DNA of 42,281 nt from a virus (Duplodnaviria > Caudoviricetes). The translations under genes and the position numbers were made by a program. Below are positions 1-7,598 of this stretch, one piece after another; within the stretch, counting starts at the first letter, position 1, and each line of letters starts with the position of its first letter. Location of the stretch: the IMG/VR virus record IMGVR_UViG_3300048857_000051, positions 1 through 42,281 of that record; one strand, 5' to 3'. A model generated the notes under the pieces. The model did no database searches. It saw only the letters and a list, made by a program, of their open reading frames with translations, and was not told the DNA's origin.

Positions 1-192
1 ATGGAGCTTTCCTCTGGGGTCCGTCGGGACATGGAGTTGGCCGCAGCCGTTCGAGCCGCGGCAGAGATACTGAACCATGCAGTCGAGGCGGCGGCCGATG
101 CCGGGCTCCTCGTCACGGTCGAGGTCAGCTCGCTGGATATGGGCGAGCCGGTTCGAGTGCCGCGGGTCGTGGTGGCGGTTGATAAGGGGTGA
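1..192 (+). CDS. Small hypothetical protein, paralog of 3070..3267
   Basis: 63-aa ORF sharing the pattern D-x-x-LA...E-x-LN...AA-x-x-G-x-x-V-x-V-x-V...GE...P with the 3070..3267 product. Confidence 0.7.
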   Translation: MELSSGVRRDMELAAAVRAAAEILNHAVEAAADAGLLVTVEVSSLDMGEPVRVPRVVVAVDKG

Positions 193-349
193 ATGGCGGG
201 TCCAGGCCGCTACACCGAAGGCAATCGACGCCTCTAAGGGAGCTAGGCACGATAAAAGAGTTTTATCGTGCCTGCCTGCACACAGGATCAGCCTGCCCAG
301 GGGCGACCTGCGCTGGTATGTCCCAACCTTCTCTGAAGGAGGACCTGGA

Positions 350-520
350 ATGGCAGGCGACTGGAAAGCGGCTTCGGAAGTCGAGAACGATCTGATGGAG
401 GCTCTACAGGCTGGCGACCGATCTGTTTTGGTCCGCCTGGTCGCGGACCTCTGGCAGCGGGTCGCGGACTTGGAAGATGAAGTGAGACGGCTCGGGCGCG
501 AGATGAACTCCTCAAAGTAG
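350..520 (+). CDS. Small hypothetical coiled-coil protein (56 aa)
   Basis: GGAGG RBS before ATG 350; MAGDWKAASE...LWQRVADLEDEVRRL. Confidence 0.6.
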   Translation: MAGDWKAASEVENDLMEALQAGDRSVLVRLVADLWQRVADLEDEVRRLGREMNSSK

Positions 521-533
521 AGCCCCAGAACGC

Positions 534-595
534 AAAAAAGCCGCCCGGCAGATCGGACCCCCGTCCAACCAACCGAGCGGCTTCTGTGCTTTGGG
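534..595 (-). terminator. Putative intrinsic terminator at the end of the late/lysis operon
   Basis: Inverted repeat aagccgcccgg...ccgagcggctt with an inner ggac/gtcc stem. The A-run at 534-539 gives a U-tract on the - strand. Lies between convergent genes. Confidence 0.55.
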
Positions 596-672
596 GGCCG
601 GGCGTTAACCCGGCGTAGGCCATCCGGCTAAAGCAGGGTGTCTCCCTGCGCCGCACCCGCAGCGGGGCTAAT

Positions 673-1218
673 CTACGCCAGAAGAGCCCGCCTCGCCCAG
701 CCATACAGGAACCGCTCCTGCGTCTGGTTCCCCTCGGCTATCTCCAGATAGCGCCCCATCTGCATGGCGCGCAGCATCCGGACCAGCACCACCGCCCCTT
801 CAGCCCCGCGGTAGGCGAGAAACTGCGTCAGGGCGTGGCGGGTCAGGGCGCCGCATAGCCCGTCGACGGTCAGGTCCGGATAGCGGCTCTGCTGGTCGTT
901 CAGACCGTTGAGGGCCCGCTGCAGCATCTTCCCGGCCGTCGCTGGCCCCATGTTGATCCCGGTATCCAGCAGCCACGCGGCGACCTCAGGGCTGATGGCG
1001 TCGATCAGGTCGAACCCGGGCTGCATCCAGTAGCGCGCGCGGTAGATCTCCAGCGCCTGGCTCTTGGTGAGGGCCCGCATAGGCCCCTGGTAACCGAAGG
1101 CCCGGGCGACGGCCAGGGTTACGCCGTGGTTCGTCTCCCCTCCCCTGTCGCTCGGGTCGTTGACGTAGCCGCCCTCGGTGAGAGCGGTCTTCGCCATCTG
1201 CGCCTCGAAGGTGCCCAT
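673..1218 (-). CDS. Endolysin, glycoside hydrolase family 108 with C-terminal peptidoglycan-binding domain
   Basis: EGGYVNDPSDRGGETNHGVT GH108 motif; YRARYW; LQRALN...VDGLCGALT; QERFLYGW. Start ATG 1218 overlaps the upstream TGA (TGATG). Confidence 0.93.
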   Translation of the reverse strand: MGTFEAQMAKTALTEGGYVNDPSDRGGETNHGVTLAVARAFGYQGPMRALTKSQALEIYRARYWMQPGFDLIDAISPEVAAWLLDTGINMGPATAGKMLQRALNGLNDQQSRYPDLTVDGLCGALTRHALTQFLAYRGAEGAVVLVRMLRAMQMGRYLEIAEGNQTQERFLYGWARRALLA

Positions 1219-2360
1219 CACCCAGCCCCCAGCAGCCGGCGGACCTTGGCGAGCGCGGCCTCGGCCTCGTCCAGCGCGACCGCGATAGGCCCAAGGTCCA
1301 CCACTTCTGGCTCTTCCTCGGCGGGCTGCTCGGGAACCTGCGGCGTCACCTGCTCTGCCGGCTGCTCGGGCTCGGGCTGCGGGACAGAAGCCCCCTGCCC
1401 CGGCAGCGCCAGCACCACACCCGGCGGCAGCAGCCCGGCGCCCTGCTGCACCACGGCCGCGGCCTGGCCTCGCGTGATCGCCGGCATGGCGTAGGGCGGC
1501 CGGAAGTCGGTCGTGGACTTCATATCCACGGCCAGCGGCTCCTTGGCGGACGACTTGCCCCAGGAGCAGGCCATCGCCGCGCTGTCGCTGATGTTCCAGT
1601 ATCCCGGCTCCTTGCTGTCGAGCGCGCAGACAGGGTTGTGCACCTTGTCGAAGGTGGTGGCCTCGATGCAGACCTTGGCGCCCATCCGGCAGTTGATCCC
1701 GGAGGTCTCCACGTCGGTCAGCAGGCAGCCCCAGACATGCGCCTCGCCGTACCGCACAGAGGGGCAGCGGGAACCGATCTTGTCCCAATGGCAGAGGGCG
1801 AAGGTGACGCGGCGGTCGCCCTTGTCGCTGTCGCTGTAGCCCTGCAGGCACGCCTTGTGGTGGTCGTGGAACTTGCAAAGGACCGCGGCGATGGAGTGGC
1901 TGCCGCGCTTCGTGTCGAGCAGGCCGTCGTAGTAGTCCTTGCCCTTCGCCATGTCGCCGGCGAGGTCGCAGTGCAGCACCACGATGTGGTGGCAGTCGCC
2001 CTCGATGCCGATGACATCCTTCGGGCCGTCCTTCGCCTGGCCGGCCTTCAGGTTGAAGAAGATGCCGTTGGACGAGCCCTTGTTCACGCGGAACCCGACC
2101 TCGGCCACGTCCTGCCCGACGCCGTCCGCCATGATGGTCCAGTCGTGCTTGTCGGAGATGTCGATCTGCGCGGCCTTGGTGTTGGCGCCGTCGATGGTCC
2201 CGGTAAGCACGACGATCAGCGGTCGGTCGCCCTTGGCATTGAAGGCGGCCTGCACCTCGTCGCCGGTCGCGCAGCGCACGATATCGCCGCCCGTGCCGCC
2301 TGTGGTGCCCTCGGCGTAGCCGAAGAGGTGCGAGTAGCGTGCGAGAAGGTCGGGGGTCAT
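1218..2360 (-). CDS. Pectate-lyase-like protein (polysaccharide lyase family 1, beta-helix), no signal peptide
   Basis: GYAEGTTGG, DVIGIEG, YDGLLD, HDHHKACLQGYSD, SRCPSVRYGEAH, SGINCRMGAKV and PPY motifs typical of PL1; GGAG-like RBS (taggaga) upstream. Confidence 0.85.
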   Translation of the reverse strand: MTPDLLARYSHLFGYAEGTTGGTGGDIVRCATGDEVQAAFNAKGDRPLIVVLTGTIDGANTKAAQIDISDKHDWTIMADGVGQDVAEVGFRVNKGSSNGIFFNLKAGQAKDGPKDVIGIEGDCHHIVVLHCDLAGDMAKGKDYYDGLLDTKRGSHSIAAVLCKFHDHHKACLQGYSDSDKGDRRVTFALCHWDKIGSRCPSVRYGEAHVWGCLLTDVETSGINCRMGAKVCIEATTFDKVHNPVCALDSKEPGYWNISDSAAMACSWGKSSAKEPLAVDMKSTTDFRPPYAMPAITRGQAAAVVQQGAGLLPPGVVLALPGQGASVPQPEPEQPAEQVTPQVPEQPAEEEPEVVDLGPIAVALDEAEAALAKVRRLLGAG

Positions 2361-2370
2361 GCGTGGTCTC

Positions 2371-3009
2371 CTATCGGGCGCGGGTGAGTTCGCGCGCGTT
2401 GAGGTCGTCGGCTGTGGTGCCGGCGGGGGAAGGCTGAGGGGCGGCGTTCACGGTGCCGGCCTGGGCCACGGTGACCGGGGAAGGCGCGCTCGTGGTGCCG
2501 GCTGCGATAGCACGCACGGCGTCGCCACTGGCCTTGCTGCCGGCGCTGGAGCCGAGCCAGTAATTCGCCACCTGCGAGAAGCCGGGGATGAGCGCGCCGA
2601 ACAGGACGTTCAGCAAGTTGGCCGTGCGCTCGTCCCAGGTGCGCTCGATCATGAACAGCAGCACCACGCAGCCGAAGAAGCCGGCCACGATGACGACGGA
2701 GATGGTCGGCGCGGCCCAGGCGATGCCGCTGCCGGACTGCGCCAGGGTGATGGTCTGGCTGCGGGCGTTTGCCACGTCGGCCATCTCGGCACGCTTGGCC
2801 TCCAGCGCGATCTCCGCCAGACGGGTTCGCATCTCCGCGGCCTTCGCCGGATCGGCCAGCACAGCGGCAGCCGTGGCGGGATCGTCCGTGCCGGTGACCT
2901 GCGCCACGGCAGAGGCGACGGTACCGGCGACGCGCCCCGCCTTGTCCCCCGCCACGAGGTCGATCAGCCCCGGCAGGACGCTCAGGGCAAGCGGCAGCAA
3001 CGCGAGCAT
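2371..3009 (-). CDS. Putative holin / lysis membrane protein
   Basis: Hydrophobic N-terminus, ADVANAR motif, two C-terminal TM segments ending NYWLGSS; upstream of the endolysin. Confidence 0.7.
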   Translation of the reverse strand: MLALLPLALSVLPGLIDLVAGDKAGRVAGTVASAVAQVTGTDDPATAAAVLADPAKAAEMRTRLAEIALEAKRAEMADVANARSQTITLAQSGSGIAWAAPTISVVIVAGFFGCVVLLFMIERTWDERTANLLNVLFGALIPGFSQVANYWLGSSAGSKASGDAVRAIAAGTTSAPSPVTVAQAGTVNAAPQPSPAGTTADDLNARELTRAR

Positions 3010-3069
3010 GCGCGTTCCTTTCGGGTGTGGTATGAGAGAGCCGGCGCAGCGGCGCCTAGGAGCAGCGCT

Positions 3070-3267
3070 GTGGCAAACGAGCAGATCTCGGACGCTAAAC
3101 TGGCCGAGGAAATCGAGCGCCTGGTCGAGTGCTTGAACGACTTGCTAGCCCAGGCGGCCGGTCGCGGGACGCACGTGGCGGTTCATGTTGCCCACCACCG
3201 CGCGAGCGGAGAGGTAGCTGAGATGCCCAAGATATCGGTGACCGTAAGCGGGCCGATGGAACCCTAG
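3070..3267 (+). CDS. Small hypothetical protein, paralog of 1..192, on the opposite strand within the late operon
   Basis: AGGAG RBS at 3058-3062, GTG 3070; fills the gap between 3009 and 3284; similar to 1..192. Confidence 0.7.
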   Translation: MANEQISDAKLAEEIERLVECLNDLLAQAAGRGTHVAVHVAHHRASGEVAEMPKISVTVSGPMEP

Positions 3268-3283
3268 CCACCGGCCCGCAGCG

Positions 3284-3685
3284 TTACTCAGTCTTAGGCA
3301 GCAGGCTCTGCAGCGAAGGCACTTCCGGCAGCATGTCGACCGGAGGCACGCCGGCACGGGCCGACATCACCATGATCGCGTTGTGGGCGTCGTGCCTGTA
3401 GCGGTGGCACAGGCCCTCCATGCGGCGGGCGGCGAACCAAACCGCATCCTTCTCGACTTCGCTCTTGCTGCGGCGGCCCTCCGACTTTTCGAGAAGCTTC
3501 CGCAGCTCCTCAGCCTCGGCGTCAGCTCGCGCCAGCTCTTTGTCGTAGCGAGTATCCAGCCGCTGGTCCCGGCTGGTGCGGCTGTCGCTGGTGTTCTTCC
3601 AGACGGTCGCCAGCCACACGAGGCCGGCTGCCAGGAGGGGCTGCCATACCTGGCGCCACCATTCGAGCCCCAGCCACTCAAGCAT
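3284..3685 (-). CDS. Membrane-anchored coiled-coil protein (lysis region; possibly holin- or spanin-like)
   Basis: GGAGG RBS, ATG 3685; N-terminal TM (PLLAAGLVWLATVW) followed by a charged helix. Confidence 0.65.
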   Translation of the reverse strand: MLEWLGLEWWRQVWQPLLAAGLVWLATVWKNTSDSRTSRDQRLDTRYDKELARADAEAEELRKLLEKSEGRRSKSEVEKDAVWFAARRMEGLCHRYRHDAHNAIMVMSARAGVPPVDMLPEVPSLQSLLPKTE

Positions 3686-4256
3686 TCCCCCGCCTCCCCG
3701 ACAGACGCGACACCGAGAGCAGGTTCGCCGCAGCGAAGCCGCCACAGGGGGCCAGCAGGATCGGGAGGTAGTCGGGGGCGCTGTTGGCGATGCTAAGGGT
3801 GAGCGAGATCCAGAAGAAGGCGCCCAGCACGGACACGCCCCAGCGGAGATATGTCCACTCCTGGATGAGCGCGTAGCCCTTGAGCACGCCGAGCTGAAGC
3901 GCGAAGAGGGTCCAGAAGCCCCAGTTGTTGAGATCGATCGCCATGCTGAAGGTGCCGAGCGCAACGAAGGACAGCATTACGGCAAGCGAGACCTTGCCCT
4001 CGTAGGTCTCGCCCTCCCACCAAAGCTTGGCGGAGCAGTAGAGCCCCGGAAGGCAGAAGGCGATCACCCACCCCTCGGGGCACGGCATGTCCCGAAAGCC
4101 GGCCAGGGCGGGCGCTTGCTGGACGGGCCCGAGTGAAATCGACGCCAGCACACCCACAGCGAAGGTGACCAGCGCCGCCAGGGCTTCTGTGAGGTAGCGG
4201 TCGCGGGCCAAGAACTCCCGGAAGAACGCCACCACCGTTCGTGCCACGCGCGGCAT
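3678..4256 (-). CDS. Multi-pass membrane protein (lysis region)
   Basis: ATG 4256 after agagggg; about 5-6 hydrophobic segments. Confidence 0.7.
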   Translation of the reverse strand: MPRVARTVVAFFREFLARDRYLTEALAALVTFAVGVLASISLGPVQQAPALAGFRDMPCPEGWVIAFCLPGLYCSAKLWWEGETYEGKVSLAVMLSFVALGTFSMAIDLNNWGFWTLFALQLGVLKGYALIQEWTYLRWGVSVLGAFFWISLTLSIANSAPDYLPILLAPCGGFAAANLLSVSRLSGRRGNA

Positions 4257-4364
4257 CAAATCATTCCCCTCTGCGGCATGGTCAGGCTCCGGCCCAGCCT
4301 GTGATGCCCTGCGACGCCCCGACCACACGGAGAAAGGCGGCCATCGTGTTCTTCACCCCCGCGG

Positions 4365-6797
4365 TCACGCCAGCACCTGCGACGCGGCCACCTGCACCGT
4401 GCATTCATCGACGGCCGCGGAGGGCCCCGTGCATTCCGCCCGCACGCGCCAATAGCCCGGCATGTCCGCGATGAAGTCGGCGTAGAAAGTCCCGTCCTCG
4501 CCGGAGACTTCGGTCAGGTCGGATTTCGTGCCGTCGGGCCGCTTGGCTGTGATCGTCACCCCGGCCGGATTGGTCATCGGCGCCCCCGCCGCATCCTGAA
4601 AGTTCACGGCCACACGCACGGATTGGCCCTGCCAGACGCTGAAACCCAGCCGGTCGCGCATGGGCGAAACTCCCGAATGTAAGGTGACGAAGCCGAGCCG
4701 AGCCGTCAGGGGACGGCTCAGCGCGAGATCGGCGGCGGCGCTACGGCCCAGAGCCAGTGCCGCCGTGGCGGGACGATGGAGCCGCAGACGGGCGAAGGTC
4801 GGTGTGACCGCGTCGGAGCCATTGAGGGCCGGCGCGCCGAGGGCTGGCGCGCGGACGAGGATGGGCTCGCCGGCCAGGAAGTGCCCCTGCTGCGCCGCCG
4901 GAATACCCACGACAGGAGCGCGCGCCGTGGCGGGCCTTGCCGCAAGCGCATGCCCCTGACCGAGGGCTGGCGTGCCCAGACCCGGCACCCCCGCCAGGAC
5001 CGGGGAAGCTGCCAGGGCGTAGCCGCCCGCCAGAGAGGGCGCGCCCGCGGTCGGTGCCCCTGCCTGGACCAGCGCGGCGGTCAGCGCGTGCTGCTGGGCC
5101 AGCGCCGGAACGCCCAGGACAGGCAGGCCCGTGTCGAGCCTGTCTGCCGCTGGGGTGCCAGCGATATGCAGGGCGGGCGCCGCCAGAGTGACCGCGCCTG
5201 CCGTGACCGCATTGGCCGCCAGCGCATGACCTTGGCCCAGGGGCAGAGCTGCCAGGACCGGAGCGCCAGAAGCCGCAGCCTCAGCCGCCAGGGTGTGGCC
5301 CTGCCCAAACACCGCAGCAGGCAGGGCAAGGGCGCCAGACGTGGCACCCACCGCGGCCAAGCTGTAGCCCTGGCCCGGGGCGGGGCTGCCCAGCGTGGGG
5401 AAGCCGGACACCACCTCGGTCGAGGCCAGCGCATGGACCTGCCCCAGGACCGGCGACCCGAGACCAGGAGGCGCGGCGCTCAACCCCGCCGCGGCCAGAA
5501 CCCGGTCCTGGCCTAGCGGCGGCGTGCCCAGCGCGGGAAGGCCAGTGGCGATGCCTGATCCGGTCAGGTCATAGGAGGCTGGGCCACTCTCGGCCGGGGT
5601 GTCGTAGGCGGCGAACCCGGCCGGCTGGAACTGGAAGGCGTCCTGCCCGGTGTTCAGCAGAAAGGTAAGCCCGACCACGTTGCCGGACATGGCCGGGAAG
5701 TAGTTGCCGGGCGCGAGCCCAGAGATATCGAGGCCGCCCGTGTCGGTGGCGGGGTTGGCTGTGGGATCGTTATTCCAGTTGACCCCGTCCAAGCCCCGCA
5801 TACCGGTAGAGGTCCACCAGAGGCGCATGGCGGCAGGGTCGACCGCGATGCCGACCGTGTGGGCGCCCGTCTCAGCCGCTCCGCCGCTGGGCGAGGAGTA
5901 GGCGCCCTGGAGCATGACGCGCCGGCTGGCCTGAGGCACCCAGCCCACCGTGTTGTTCGTGGTACCGGAGCCCGGCGTCGTGTTGTAGGAGGTCGCGCCC
6001 TCAGTCAGGCCGAAGCGAACCGTCGAGCCCGGGGCGCTGCTGATCGTGGCTTCCAGGTAGAACGGTTTGCCGCTTCCCGGGGTGATCGCCTTTGACTTGG
6101 TGCCGCGGTCGTAAGAACTGGACGTGGTCGTGACCGTGGCCGTCCGGCCATCGGACGACAGGGTGATCGTCGCCGTGCGCCCGCCCGGATCCCACTGAGA
6201 CCGCCCGTCAGAGACCACGCCCGTGGTCCAGGCCGCGAAGCCCGTGGGCGACCAGGCGCACGCCTCCTCGCCCGTATTGATCGTCGCGTCGCGACCGCTG
6301 CTGGCGTTGTAGAAGGACGGGAAGAGCGGGGCGCCGATGAGTGCAGCAATGCTGATCCCGCCGACGCCGGTGTCTGGGTCGGACGTGGCCGAGTTATTCC
6401 ATATGCGTCCCAGGTTCCGCATGGCGAGCGTGGTGAACCAGAGCAGCCCGGCGTCCAGGTCGACCGCGACGCAAACCCGGCTGATTGCCGCGTCGCTGGC
6501 CGTATCCGTCGAGAGCACCGCGCCGCCCATCGTCAGCGTGCGGAGGTTGCGGTTCTGGATGCCGAGCGAGATCGGCGTCGCCCCGGGTGCCGTGCCGAGC
6601 GGGTGATCCGCCCGCACCAGCCCGACCACGTTGGACGTGACCGCGTTGGTGGTGGCGACCTCGTACCACCATTTTCCGCTAGACCGCCCGGTCGCCGCCC
6701 TCGCACCACCCGCGGCCGACGATGAGGTCGTCGCGGTCCGCGCGTCAGCACTAAGTGTGACGCTGGCCGACTTGTCTGTTGTGCTCCAGCCGGCCAC
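4365..6797 (-). CDS. Tail fibre / adhesin-like protein: two SPRY-like domains, 23-aa repeats, C-terminal beta-rich domain
   Basis: W...TLS.D.RTAT...SGKWWYEV / SGKPFYLE, VAVDLDAGLLWF / IAVDPAAMRLWW, LFPS / YFPA; position after tail genes. Confidence 0.75.
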   Translation of the reverse strand: MAGWSTTDKSASVTLSADARTATTSSSAAGGARAATGRSSGKWWYEVATTNAVTSNVVGLVRADHPLGTAPGATPISLGIQNRNLRTLTMGGAVLSTDTASDAAISRVCVAVDLDAGLLWFTTLAMRNLGRIWNNSATSDPDTGVGGISIAALIGAPLFPSFYNASSGRDATINTGEEACAWSPTGFAAWTTGVVSDGRSQWDPGGRTATITLSSDGRTATVTTTSSSYDRGTKSKAITPGSGKPFYLEATISSAPGSTVRFGLTEGATSYNTTPGSGTTNNTVGWVPQASRRVMLQGAYSSPSGGAAETGAHTVGIAVDPAAMRLWWTSTGMRGLDGVNWNNDPTANPATDTGGLDISGLAPGNYFPAMSGNVVGLTFLLNTGQDAFQFQPAGFAAYDTPAESGPASYDLTGSGIATGLPALGTPPLGQDRVLAAAGLSAAPPGLGSPVLGQVHALASTEVVSGFPTLGSPAPGQGYSLAAVGATSGALALPAAVFGQGHTLAAEAAASGAPVLAALPLGQGHALAANAVTAGAVTLAAPALHIAGTPAADRLDTGLPVLGVPALAQQHALTAALVQAGAPTAGAPSLAGGYALAASPVLAGVPGLGTPALGQGHALAARPATARAPVVGIPAAQQGHFLAGEPILVRAPALGAPALNGSDAVTPTFARLRLHRPATAALALGRSAAADLALSRPLTARLGFVTLHSGVSPMRDRLGFSVWQGQSVRVAVNFQDAAGAPMTNPAGVTITAKRPDGTKSDLTEVSGEDGTFYADFIADMPGYWRVRAECTGPSAAVDECTVQVAASQVLA
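4818..5576 (-). repeat. Eleven tandem degenerate 23-aa (69-nt) repeats in the fibre gene
   Basis: Units such as GHALAANAVTAGAVTLAAPALHI and GYALAASPVLAGVPGLGTPALGQ; 11 x 69 = 759 nt exactly. Confidence 0.85.
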
Positions 6798-6820
6798 GGC
6801 GCTACTCCGCCCCTACCCGA

Positions 6821-7198
6821 TCAGGCCGGACCGGGGATGCCGATGTCGAAGGCCGCGAGCGTCCACGTGTTTCCGCTGACCACCGACTGGGGCGCACTGA
6901 GCATGTTGGCGGCCAGCAGGCGCGAATTCGTGTCGTCGACGATGGCCCAGTGGGTCGCGGTGCCGCTCGCTGTCACGCTGCCTGACGTGACGGCCGCGAC
7001 CGTAACCCTGCGCCCGTCTGGGCTGCGCGCGGCGGGCGCCCCGATGCCCCCCGCCGCAAGGGCAGCCTCGCCCAGGGTCGCGGTATCAGCCGCCCCGTAG
7101 GTCGCGGGTTGCGACGAGCAAATCAGGATGCGCGTTCCCTCGGTGTCGAGCACCGTTAGGCCGTTGTCGAGGATGCGGTCGTTCAGGTAGGCCGGCAT
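6821..7198 (-). CDS. Putative tail-fibre-associated structural protein
   Basis: GGAGG RBS; small beta-rich protein (SGTATHWAIVD...VVSGNTWTL) in the tail region. Confidence 0.7.
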   Translation of the reverse strand: MPAYLNDRILDNGLTVLDTEGTRILICSSQPATYGAADTATLGEAALAAGGIGAPAARSPDGRRVTVAAVTSGSVTASGTATHWAIVDDTNSRLLAANMLSAPQSVVSGNTWTLAAFDIGIPGPA

Positions 7199-7225
7199 AA
7201 GTGCCCTCCGGATTGTGGGTGGTGG

Positions 7226-7588
7226 CTAGGCGGCCAGGATCTCAGCGGGATCGGCGCCGATGACTGTCAGCAGCTCCAGCGCGTCCGGATCATTGGTCGC
7301 GATACCGGCCTCTAGGCTCAGCACCTTGAGCATCTTTGCGGGCTGAGACGCGAGAACTTCGGCAGCGGCTTCCCAGAGCCCTGCGGCCTCAAGGCGTTGC
7401 CGCGCCAGATAGACCGGCACGTAGCGAACACCGGGCGCGGCGCCGGATGCGAACTCCGCGATCTCCAGCCCCTGCAACCGCGGATCGCCAGGCGTCACAG
7501 CCCAGGACGGCCCCTCTGCCGGCCATGCGCGCACCACCGTGCGCTCCGCGTTGCCGTACTCGGCGCGGGTGAACGTCTCGTCTGCCAT
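7226..7588 (-). CDS. Hypothetical protein, possible tail fibre chaperone
   Basis: GAGG RBS; directly follows a fibre-like gene. Confidence 0.65.
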   Translation of the reverse strand: MADETFTRAEYGNAERTVVRAWPAEGPSWAVTPGDPRLQGLEIAEFASGAAPGVRYVPVYLARQRLEAAGLWEAAAEVLASQPAKMLKVLSLEAGIATNDPDALELLTVIGADPAEILAA

Positions 7589-7598
7589 GGGGTCTTCC

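Noticed and set aside
521-672. Possible tRNA or ncRNA in the hairpin-rich gap
   Set aside because: No cloverleaf or T-loop motif; a terminator explains it.
673-1878. 401-aa ORF as a long endolysin
   Set aside because: The part upstream of 1218 is an off-frame read of the lyase gene; the real start is the coupled ATG 1218.
2359-3069. 302-aa + strand ORF
   Set aside because: Antisense shadow of the holin; only the last 65 codons, with their own RBS, look real.
4818-5576. Possible CRISPR array or DGR repeat pair
   Set aside because: Repeats are degenerate at DNA level and in-frame coding; no cas or reverse transcriptase gene seen.
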